A stretch of 63,525 nucleotides of DNA, taken from the NCBI GenBank assembly GCA_015680685.1, contig MNCI01000970.1, positions 549,710 through 613,234 on the forward strand, read 5' to 3'. A program made the translations under genes and the position numbers. Positions 1-11,138 of the stretch are shown in pieces. Position 1 is the first letter of the stretch. Every line of letters starts with the position of its first letter. The DNA comes from Gnetum montanum (taxonomy: Eukaryota; Plantae; Gnetophyta). A model generated the notes under the pieces. That model was not told the origin of the DNA and did no database searches. It worked only from the letters and a program-made list of their open reading frames with translations.

Positions 1-193
1 ACACATCATACACCTCATCTAGACTAAACCATACGTGACATATGCAAAACTAGTCTAGATGGGAAGACAGCGAACTGCGACCTAAGGCTAACTATCTAGA
101 TACCACAACTAGTCCATCTGCGGAGTTCGACCGGATCGCGCGTGCGACGCTCGTTTCGTATGGTTGAGTGTAGGGGTACCTCGCCACTCATCA
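1..193 (+). mobile_element. 3' end (U5) of an Athila-like LTR, window-truncated; least decayed copy
   Basis: Ends ...GGTTGAGTGTAGGGGTACCTCGCCACTCATCA, the same terminus as the LTRs at 31754, 32836, 41248, 48967 and 58080. It is not followed by a PBS, so it is a 3' or solo LTR. CpGs are intact. Confidence 0.85.
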
Positions 194-944
194 GATGTAG
201 ATTCTCAATGATAAAATATCTTAAAACTTTTCCTCCTAGGATAGCCAAAAACTCTTAAGCAAACATCAAATCTCTTGTCATATGGATTGGCCTATACTAA
301 ACTAATATTGTAACTATTAAAAGTTTATTTCTACCATATTGCTTAAAACTACAAGATAATGGGATTTCTCACTTCAAAAATTATTTATACATATTTAATA
401 GTTACATGGCATTAAGTAAGCTAGGCTTCATCTCAAGTTTGATAAGCCTTTTCTATAATTTTTTCATAATTCCAATGTCATAGACAAATCACCAAATCCT
501 ATAAATATCTTCTCTTGTTTTCTTTATCTATTCAATGAAATATCTAATAATAGTTGAATGGTCTTTCTTCCTGATATTGCTTGTAGGACTATATGGAATC
601 ATTAGTATTGTTATTACTACTAGCTTAATTATATATTTATTATATATCTATATATATCTATAATTTAGTAGAGAGTGTTAGATGATAATTTATATATTGT
701 CTTGATTCGTAAGACGTTGTTATTAAATCAAGTCAGTCAAGTCTAAAGAGTGTCTTACAATTCGTAAGATATTTATGTATGAGTCAGTTCTTACGATCCA
801 TAAAATATTCATAAGATCAATTAACCATCATGAATCAAAACAAGGATTAAGTTAGTTACGATGTTGTGTTGCGAATCGTAATAAAGTGTTGTATCAATTA
901 TGATGAGTTGTAACCTTTCATTTCATTATGTTAAAAGTCTCGCC

Positions 945-1020
945 AATACCACGTTAGTGTGAAGAAGCAAAAGAAGACCAAAAAAATACCAAGTTAGTGT
1001 GAAGAAGCAAAAGAAGACAA
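945..1020. repeat. 40-bp tandem duplication
   Basis: AATACCA(C/A)GTTAGTGTGAAGAAGCAAAAGAAGAC occurs twice, 40 bp apart. Confidence 0.85.
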
Positions 1021-1495
1021 AGTACAGGTACAGTTGTTCATAATTAAGGAACAAACTAATACAACCAAAAGGACCAAGAATACAAAATTGCCAATGAACG
1101 TTATTTGAAGAAAGGAAAATATTGTTGATTACAAAATTGTTTTATTGAGAGATTCTAAGTATTACCAAACCCTATAAAGTGCTTCCAAATGATACTGTAT
1201 TAACTTTAACAAAGAGAATCGAAAGAATCTTTGTTGTTCAAGCAAAGAAAGATGTACATCCTTCCCAAATTTTATATAAAATATGATTTAACAAAAAAAT
1301 AAAAACATGGCATATATACCTAACTATATAGTTTGTTTCTTCCTATCAATGTGGGAAGGATACATGCAATCAAATTGCCAAAAATTGTGGTATATAAAGC
1401 TCAAGTACATACTTACAAAACAAAACCAAACAAAATTAAATTTGAGATTTAAAATGGTGTGAAAGTGTGGTAACATTGGTTTTGTTATGGATGAA

Positions 1496-2187
1496 ATATT
1501 ATTTAGCGTTACTACTAAGTTCTCCCTAAAGCCTAGCATTATGGATAAAATATTATTTAACATTACCAATTGATTGGTAGTGAGCCTACTAGCCAAAATT
1601 ACACTTAATAGCAATAGCTTTTTCATAATAGTAGGTTTGGAATTACTTTTGGAGAGTCGTTGAGATCAATCAGCATACCCAACCACCTCATCACTAAAAT
1701 ATGCAATAGCATATAATATAGCAAGAAGTCTTCCTAGCCAAGGTATGTTCACTTGGGCATAATGTCCAAAGTATGGTTTGTTCATTACCCATAGCAAGCC
1801 AACTTATTCGTTACCCATCACAAAGATCTTTCTTATTGAATAAATTATTTCGCGTTACTACTAAGTTCTCCCTAGAGCCTAGCATTATGGATAAAATATT
1901 ATTTAACATTATCTATTGATTGGTAGTGAGCCTACTAGCCAAAATTACACTTAATGGTAATAGCTTTTTCATAATAGTAGGTTTGGAATTACTTTTGGAG
2001 AGCCATTGAGATCAATCAACATACCCAACCACCTCACCACTAAAATATGAAATAGCATATAGTATAGCAAGAAGTCTTCCTAGCCACGGTATGTTCACTT
2101 GGGCATAATGTCCAAAGCATGGTTTGTTCATTACCCACAGCAAGCCAACTTATTCGTTACCCATCACAAAGATCTTTCTTATTGAAT
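1496..2187. repeat. 346-bp tandem duplication (2 near-identical copies)
   Basis: GCGTTACTACTAAG at 1506 and 1852; CAAAGATCTTTCTTATTGAAT at 1821 and 2167 (period 346). Confidence 0.95.
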
Positions 2188-2239
2188 GAATTAAGAAAAC
2201 AGAGTGTTGGGACAATGAAACCCAAAATAAGTGAAACAT

Positions 2240-2350
2240 AGGTACACCCCAAGATTTTATAGGAATGTATAATCCAATGCTAACTAGTAGCATTGAACTT
2301 CTGACCAAGGATTACCAAACCAAGAGCCATACCACAAGGCTAACACCTCA
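2240..2350 (-). mobile_element. tRNA-derived SINE remnant (family 1)
   Basis: Minus strand reads GAGGTGTTAGCCTTGTGGT...TTGGTAA...GAAGTTCAATGC, with A-box-like and B-box-like motifs; alignable by eye to 20448-20545. Confidence 0.55.
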
Positions 2351-2540
2351 TTGTTATTATTTATTATTGATTCAACAAGTCATTCCATACATCATTAAAA
2401 AAAAAAGATAAAAGCAACATTTCTCCATATATATTATCTACATGGACTAGAGCATAGAACAATGAACAACATATATTATCTACTAGAAAATTCTTTAAAT
2501 TTTAACTTGTTATGCCATGTTGCATGCCCATAAATGTTAC

Positions 2541-2602
2541 CCATAAAATCTATCAAACAAATTAGTCACAACCATAAAATCTATCAAACAAATTAGTCAC
2601 AA
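2541..2602. repeat. 31-bp tandem duplication
   Basis: CCATAAAATCTATCAAACAAATTAGTCACAA occurs twice in tandem. Confidence 0.9.
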
Positions 2603-3408
2603 TAAACTAAGTACCCACAGGTGTTAAATATATCCTTTTATTTGTCTAAAACATTCATTTTATACCGATCTTCATTTTACGCCAATCTTTTATTCCTTTT
2701 AGAGACCGAGGAAGATTGTAGCTGCAATGTTCAGCGCCGTAATCATAAAAAATGGGATAATATGTTAAAAGATCCAACTGCATTGAGAATATATGGTAAA
2801 TAGTGGGGCAAAATGAAGATTACTGATATACAAATATAAATAAATATGATATTCTACGGAACAGGGAAGATTTAGATGGCGTCATTCACCCACACTAATA
2901 CAAAACGTTCCCAATATTTCTCAGCCATTGTCACACGTTTATCTTTGTTGATTAATTCCGTTGCCATTTAAAAAACAGTTCCTGCAGCACCCAGCATGTA
3001 TTACATGTCTTAAAATAGGGAACGGCCATACAACCAGATTCATGTTGCCTTGATACCAAGGAGTTATGTATAAGGTCATAAAATTTAAAATGTAAATGGG
3101 TACGCATACTGCTTTTGTAAATAATCGATACAGGATCACTAACTTTCTTCTTTATACAGCATTCGAAGAAATTCACCTTTACGCTTTGCAACAATGATAG
3201 ATGTTGCCAAAACCATTGTTCGTCCCTTTATTCTGACTATGCAAGTTAGAGAGGAGAATCCACTAGCCTCGTTATCATTAATGATATTATCTACAGTTAT
3301 ATATTTATGATAGCAACTGTTTGGGATTTGCATTCCCTGATTAGAAGAACAAAACATGGAAGAAACTAACAAATATAATACATGATACATCAAATAATGG
3401 CTTACGAG

Positions 3409-6400
3409 TTATCTACGCGACATAAGATCACAGACAACATCTTCAATGAGGTCAGCAAAAATCCACCTCTCCAAATCAATGCCAACAGCTTCCTCATGAT
3501 CTACTAAGTCCATCCACACACCTTCTCCTGATAAGTCATTCTCTATGATATCCTCCAATGTATCAAAATCCTGTGATGCTGGATAAAGGTAGCAAGCTAA
3601 TTTAGCCCAAATTTCTTGCATCAGTTGCTTACCAGAATGCCTACGTCTCAAGGTCATCTTGGAAGTTCCTATCCATGGACGGTGATTGAACATGGGCGAC
3701 AACAATTGCAAGAGCACCTCATTGATGCAGTCAAATACCAAATGTCTTTCAGACTTGCTTCTATGAGACTTTGTTTCACAGGCTGCATTGAATTCTAACT
3801 CCCACACACTCTGGTATTGCCCTTCCAGCTTATCAAACAAGAACGGATCTAGAGGACTACTGGGTGAATGCCATCTTGCAAAAAAATGGTTAATGTCACC
3901 ATTGAACCCAGAAGCCTCTAGGACATTCTTAAGGTACAGGAGATCTGGTTGCTGCTCTTCTGAACATGCAATACCACCAAAGTTCAGGGATTCTATGTCA
4001 AAGTTGCCAGCTTGTGATATAAAAGAAGTTGGGGTATGCGACCAATCAGCATCTGATGAAGAGGAACAAGAATTCCCTCTCATGCTGTCTGCTTCACTTT
4101 CAAAGCTATTTGGAGTTAAGTTACCATATAAAAGATCGCCAGGTCCTGGTGTGGATTTATCTGAAGTGCCCAACTTTAGTGAATTAAGTTGCATCCGCAA
4201 GTCTGCACAAGAAAACTCGGAATCAGACCTCCCCAGAAAAAGCACAAGAACAAAAAATGGAACAGTGGAGAGAATAGCATGTTTCTGACCATTAGCAATG
4301 TCAAAAACCAGCACATACCGTTCAAGTTTGTGCTGATTTCTTTGAAATCATTTGTGCTGGAAAGGTCTTCCTCAAAATGTGTGTCCAGAACAGAAACCGG
4401 ACTTGGATGTTCAAAATTTTGGGGGTTGTTTGCTGAACAAGCAGACCCAAATACATTTAACTTCTTTATTGGACTGCAAGGCGAAGAAAGCTCTTCCGCA
4501 GGCAGTTCTAATGAAGCAACCTGATAAATTATGCATCAGATTTCTCAAGTTAGTATCAGCTACTGGCAAATATTATTTTAAACATGCACAAATGCAATCC
4601 TGCCCACAAACTAGCATAATTCCAGAAAGACATTCTCAAGTACAAACCTTTTCTTTTCTTCCATGGGCCTTAGGGGGCAGAATATTTTTATTTTTATTTT
4701 TATTTTTATTTTTATTTGGAGTCTCAGACTTGGAAGCTGAGGCATGACTGACCAGCTGGTTGCCCTGTTTTTTGGTAGTGTCTGGAGTATGACCATAGCG
4801 GCCTTGATTATTCTTGCTAGAATTGCGTGCTTCTTGACTCATTCTCCTCTGCTCAGAGGCTCTCCTCTGCTCAGAGGCTGGCTGTAAGCTCCTCTCGGAT
4901 CCACTTTTTGCATTGCTGGAATGTTTACCCCGCAACAAGAAGCTACCTTTGAAACTTGAAACCTTGCCTTTAAAAGATGACTTTTCCTTTCTGGATTTGA
5001 CAGTCTCTGTACTGGTATTGCCGTTAATCATATTCTGGTTAGCAATGATGTTGTGGGTGTTAGTTGGATCTGAGATTGAAGCTCTAAAACTTGTCTCAGT
5101 TATACCTTCATCATAGCGAGAAGCTGAGACTGGAAGCGATCTAGACCTTTGCAGGCCCCTGGGCGAATCCAGACTACTATGATCTGCATTATTAGGAGCA
5201 GCTGCTGAGCTTTCCCGGTTCTTATTTTGTACACCTGGCCCGGATGATTTTTTGCCCGTATCTTTAGGCTCATTCATACATGGTAACGATTTCTTACCCT
5301 CATTCTTGTTAGAATCCATCACCATATGGTCCGAACCTTTATTTTTTGCAAGTAGCTTTTTACGCAGAGAAAAAGAAAGCATTTCTCCTAGAGTGCTAGC
5401 AGTCTGTTGCTGCTGCTGCTGCTGTTGGGTGTGCATATCATATCCGTGGGTAGACTTCCACCTTTCCAATAGCCTCTTTTTTGCTTCTTTATTAACCACA
5501 GATTCTGCCGAATCGACGAACATACTCAGGGTATTAGATGAACTTGACCCACTCCCTGAAGCCTCTAGCGTCTTAGAGTCAGGTGAATAAAGATCTGGAT
5601 AAATATCTCTGCATTCAGATTCTAGCCTACTTGATGAGCTTGCACTTGCATCACATCCAGAAATATAGCCTTCCTTATTCTTTGCCCTCTCATCAACAAA
5701 ATCCCTAGCTGTAGCTTGTCCCAACTGCGTTGTGATTCCCCTTCCAACATCCTTGGAATATATTTGTTCATCAACATGATTTTGCTCAGAAAAATTGTCA
5801 CTATTTTCTCTCTTATTTTTGGCAAGCTCCATTTCCAGGCGAACTCGGACCTCCCTCAAATAGTCAGCATTTCTAGAGATGTCCAGATCTGTGGGGGCAT
5901 TAAAATCCATCCTGCCACTTTCAGGGCATGAAAGTGATGTACCCCCACAATTGTATTGAGCCTTCCCGGAACTCGGCTTCAATACCACGATTCTTGTGGG
6001 AAAGGAATTTGTGCTGTTGCTCCTGAAATCGGAATGGAGAGCTGCATATTGCCTGAATTGATCTGGTGTAGGGAATTTTGGAACTGGTTTGGCTGAGGCC
6101 GTTTGTTGAACTGTATCTTCTTTTGCATCTTGCCTCTCTGCAGGATCGCCGAGGCCGACAAGCTTCCTTACCTGGTTTTCATTTGTCTTTAACGGTCCTT
6201 TGCAGAGTACTCCATTGCCACCACCTTCTTTTATTTCCTTGCTGGTTTTCCTAGAACTGCACGACCTTAGCACAGTAATGCGCTTCAGTTGTGCATCAGG
6301 GACCAAGGGTTGTGATTTCTTTGAGAATAATGAGTTGGGGTCCTCCAGAAATTTCAGGAATGCATCCTTGTTGGATTGCAGAAATTCAACAGCTTCAATG

Positions 6401-8386
6401 AATTCTCTCGACTGCAGATGCCTCTGATCACTTGCAAGGCGCTTTGCATCCAAGAACTTCTGGCGAACCAGGGCGATCTTTGGGTCAATTCCACTGCCAG
6501 AACTGGGAAATTTATCTTCTGCCAAGCCTGCTCGGAAACTTTCCAACGGAGGGACCTCTGGATCAGCTTTTACTTTAGGTAATCTCTTATTTCCAAACTC
6601 ATCTTTTGGGTTTCTCTGCTGCTGTCCTTCAATCTTATTCTTAGGAGCCTGAGCAGCCACTGCAGAGACTGGAGTAAAGGCAAGATTATGAGGCCTTGGT
6701 AACAAGGGATCATTGATTAATTTCGTATGCACCGTTTTGGGAACCTGCATAAGATCTTTGCTGCTAGAAGCACTGTGCAGATGATGGTCCTGCTTTCTCC
6801 ACATTTGCTTCTCTAACTCATTTTTCTGGTTAGACTGAGATGAATCCTTTGGTAATTCATCAAGGCCCATCAAACGGGCAATAATATTGGGTGGCCGTCC
6901 ACTAGAATCTGAGTTCCTCATCATCTCCTCTGCTATTAATGTTTTCATTGGTAACCCAGTTTTCCTGTTCTTGTTCATTTGTGTGATCTTCCTTTCACCT
7001 GCCCCCTGTATACTAATAAACCTAGAATTAGAAGAGGAATGAATATTGAATCAAGCTAAAGCAGCAACTAATAGCATTGAATCTTTTAACGCCATGCTAG
7101 CAGTAAGATCGTTGGATTGCAGCAAAAGACTGTTAAAAGGATGAGCTAATACAAGTATTTCCAGAAAGCGATGGCTAACGGACAAACGGGTCCATGGTGT
7201 CAAAAGGAGATTAAATCATCACCTGTTTCTGTTCTTCATCTGCATCATGACTCCTGTGTCCTACTGTGCCTTTGGAACTGTTTGATTTTTTTCTAGATGA
7301 AAATGAACCTGTGAACAAACCCAACACAAGAGTAAAAAAACAACGTTGAAACTTCACCAAAAAGCACTAGAATACCTTATTTTTCTTTTTCTGTGACCAA
7401 CACCAATAACTGTGCAAAATGCATTATATTTGCGGAAGAGATAGTACCAGAGACGATACGGTAGACCAGGATTCCAAAATCGATAAAAGCTTAGTGGCCA
7501 GCGCCATCTTTCATTTTTGAAAGACCTAGACACCTAAAGGATTGGCCAGACAGAAAACCTCCTGGCGTACTTCAGATTGCAGGGCAACATTTCTTGGATT
7601 TGTTCTTCAGAAAACGGCTCATACAATAAAAGATTTGCCAGAGCAAAATTACTGAAACACCATTTGTCAAGGAAGAAGATCACTAAAGCCTGACCGAGAA
7701 TGAAACATTTTGCAACAAAAATGAGGGCAACAAATGACAGTGGCGTGTGTGCTTATAGGCAGAAATCAAGGAAGAAAATCGCATGAACGAGAGAACAGAC
7801 GGTCAGATTAGGTTGCCTGTCGCAATCTAAGGAGGGAGATACTTCTTGGTTTCAGTGTTTTAAGGACAGTCTCAATAAAAACAAGGAGCCAAGGGGAAAC
7901 TATCGCCTTAAATTCCTTCCAAGATGAACACAACCCACAAACCAGGACCATTTTCAGAAATTGTACCACAGATCCACTATTCATCGCCGAATCAGTCCCC
8001 ACTCTCTCTCAAACGTCTAGGCGATACAGCTTCTCTGAAACCGAAGTGCACGCTCCCCCACAACCCAAAAAGCAACGGCAAAAAATTTCACAGATCGGAC
8101 AAACCAAGACCTACAGTCGCACTAAGACCTCAACAACCATTCCCACATTAGCGGCATTATTCACTTCTGATCAAACTGAGCTCCAAAACACTCGATTCCC
8201 AGAAGAACAATGCAGGCCCCAAAAACCTAAGAAAACTACCTGCATTTCTTATATAGACTAGTAACAGAAGGGCTCGGTTTCCCAGTGCTTACCACTGCTG
8301 TGATTCTGTTGCTGTTGCTGCTGCTGCTGCAACTTAGAAGCTCCATGGCCCTGACTGACCTCAAAGACATTCAGCATTCTCCCCAT
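3409..8386 (-). CDS. TON1-recruiting motif (TRM)/LONGIFOLIA-like protein with VARLMGL, DUF3741 and DUF4378 domains, ~1177 aa, 5 coding exons
   Basis: Exons 8386-8293, 7308-7223, 7005-4648, 4520-4319 and 4202-3409; all introns are GT-AG with consistent phases (total 3534 nt). Motifs: N-terminal MGRMLNVFEVS; PPNIIARLMGLDELP; SREFIEAVEFLQSNKDAFLKFLEDPNSLF (DUF3741); PTRIVVLKP; HPSPVSVLD; C-terminal LVFDCINEVL...GIDLERWIFADLIEDVV (DUF4378). Confidence 0.93.
4683..4716 (-). repeat. In-frame hexanucleotide microsatellite (AATAAA)n encoding an NK dipeptide run
   Basis: (TTTTTA)n on the plus strand; the protein reads NKNKNKNKNKN. Confidence 0.9.
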
Positions 8387-9429
8387 CTCAAGAAATTCTG
8401 TCCAGAGACCTGTGCCGGCGTTACATCACTCATGCAAGCAGCAATCGAGAACAATCCATCCAAATCCAGAAACTGGTGCTGCTGGAACCAACCACAAGAT
8501 CTATGCAGCAGCACACGACGATCACGTTCCCGTGAGTTTTAAGTCAGACAAGGTATTCCTATTCCTGCATTGCTGGCTCGCCGGCTCGATCCAGGAAACC
8601 TCGTCACGTTTGAAAATCCTGACAACCCACAAAAACCATTGGCCGTGGGCTCTCCCCGCGCTGCAGATAAAAGTCACTTTGTTATAGCCTTAATCGCGCC
8701 AGAATTAATGGCCAAGAGGCATGTCAGGGCACTTTTTGTTGGCTTGTGTGCGAAAACACAGCAGTAAAACCAGGCTGAATATAATGGAATCTCTGCTCTG
8801 TGCATGAGCACAAGATGAGGACAAGAACGACCGGAACAGTATGCAAAGGCATGATGACAATCACAAGCAAGCATGAATACTTATCATAACAGATCTGTCG
8901 GCCACTATGCTGTTTAGTTTAGTTCAGCAGCTAAACTGCCAGTGATGAAATATTGATAAATTTTCGTGTTCCTCTGAAATGAGAAATAAATTCCATTAAT
9001 TCCCATGACGACCCAGCTGCTGCGGCTACCTGATTTGTGATGGGAAATTGTATGAGCAATTCCAGAAAAGTTGTGGCATGTGGGTCCTGGAGCTTGACCT
9101 GAATTTTGTCGGATTCTGCTCTGTTCCAGCCCCAGATTTCTCCATCACCAACTCACCATGAATGACCAGAGCTGCAACAGGGTAGGGCTCTAAATTGTGA
9201 TTAAATTCTGGATGGACAGTGGCTTTGTATTTTTCCTGCAATCCTTCCATATCCCGTCCCTTTCGAATCATTATTTCTCGGTTCATCTTTTGCTTTCAGA
9301 GGATCCCAATCAAATTCAGGATTGGTATTTAAACAAAAACCAGACAATGGGTTCTTCTAGAACGACAGCATTCTTTCCGCAGATCTCTCCCATTTGGTTA
9401 ACGACTTAGGTTTTCAAACAAAGAAATTC

Positions 9430-9550
9430 CGAAACGAAGGACCCACATGGAGGGTTCTTACTGTTTGAGGATAAATTTTGGCGTCATGTCAGAGAAAGGA
9501 ACACTGGTGCGTCACGTTGTGACAGAGCAGAGGTGGGTCCACGTGAGAAT
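9430..9550 (-). promoter_or_regulatory. Candidate upstream regulatory cluster of the TRM gene (TCP-like sites, G-box, TGACG motifs)
   Basis: GGACCCAC at 9439 and its inverse GTGGGTCC at 9533; CACGTG at 9540; CGTCA at 9482 and 9510. These are motif matches only. Confidence 0.3.
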
Positions 9551-11138
9551 GCAATTATCTTGGCCGATTTTTTTCATCATTTTTTTACTTGGGGGAAATG
9601 ATGGAGTCCCTGTTTGAATTTGAAAATTGAAGCCTGCACGGAAACCTTTTTGTATTTTGTTTGCATTGCAACGAATACATCATGACGAATGCAATCCAAC
9701 AGGCACCATGTTCATCCCTGTTCTGCAGCACATTTGTACGGTCTCTCCTGTGATTATTTCATGAAGATTTTTTCAGACAAATGACGATGGAAGCTGCTCA
9801 ATTTAGCTCACCTCTTCCACCCGCTGCAATCCATATTAGTTCAACTGTTCCACTGTTAAATGCTTCAACCCCTACACTGATGATGGATGGAGTAAAGTGG
9901 ATTGGATAGTCAAAAAGGCAAAAAAGTTAAAAGAAAAAAGTTCGTAGGATCCCTCGGTTTTTGGCTATTCTCAAGAAAGCGTAGAATAATGAGAAATAAA
10001 AGGTATAGCTGTGAATGTCCCTGTGAAGGGACGTGAGAATTCAACCTGTTAGAATTTCACGCCATTAACTACCGATCATTCATGACCATGTGGCCAGTGC
10101 CGTGTAAAATTTGTAAGTTCGATGATTGTCTCATTTGTTGAAAAGGCCGTTAGTCAGAGGTCCCTAGCATATGGTGAATCATACAGTCAATCATAACACA
10201 TCTTTTTCGAACCTTAACAATTCGCATCCGCCATATCAACAACCAAGTTCAATGCTGTTCCAACAATCGTATAGCTTGCTAGTCAACATGGAAATCTTTC
10301 ACCATTTACAAATTCCTAGACTGCAGATTTTCCACAAATGTAATAATATATCTTAACCTCAAGTTTATAAATTTTAAACCTCGATTTTGAAATTAGAAGC
10401 TTCTTGGAGCATTAATTCTATTTCTTGGATCTCATTATTTTGTATTCATGAGTTGCTCTTTAAAACAGCTCCGTACCAATAAGGAATACCAGGTATTTAT
10501 TCTTTTACTTTAAACCTTAGCATAATCATTTAACTTTTTCGCCTCTTTTATTCACAATATAACTTTCAACTATTTTATTGACACTTTATATATGTTCAAA
10601 ATAGGCATGGCAGTGTAAATTTTTCATCCTCATCAAGATGAAAATCAATCGCAATTAACCCTCAATAAGATTGTTTTAAATGGCTTAAGATTTTTTATCA
10701 AATTTTATGATTTTGATAACATTAATCAAAATCATTGATCCTATTTTATAGAAAACTTCGTAAAGACTTACACACGCCTATTAGGTTTAGGTGCAACAGT
10801 TTAGAATTTATTGCTAATACATTTCCTTCAAGAATTTAAACTGGATATCTTTTCCAGGTGTTACTCATTGTATTTTCAATTTTCTCACTCACCGCTGGAA
10901 TAGAAACTAAGTAAAGATGAGCATTTCTGGTTTTGAAGTTTAAATCCTCAAGAATGTCATTCCAACAAAAAAAATTGCACGTTCACAAAGGAATAATTTA
11001 AATTTTATCTCAATGAAATGATTAGCCGACCAACCAGTAGGTAAGAGGAATGTTCTTCTAAAACCAAGATAATTCAGTACAGGCTTACAAAAAACTAATA
11101 TTCACATATCCCAAAATCAAAATCCTAAAGCTAATAAT

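Noticed and set aside
121-140. Pol III B box or Cassandra-like 5S segment in the LTR (GAGTTCGACC)
   Set aside because: It does not fit GTTCRANNC, there is no properly spaced A box and I see no 5S similarity.
3409-4314. 301-aa ORF as a separate gene
   Set aside because: It is the last exon of the TRM gene; its N-terminal part (4314-4203) is intron read-through.
3616-6582. Several plus-strand ORFs, including a poly-Cys one
   Set aside because: They are antisense shadows of the TRM exons; poly-Cys is the reverse of the poly-Q codons.
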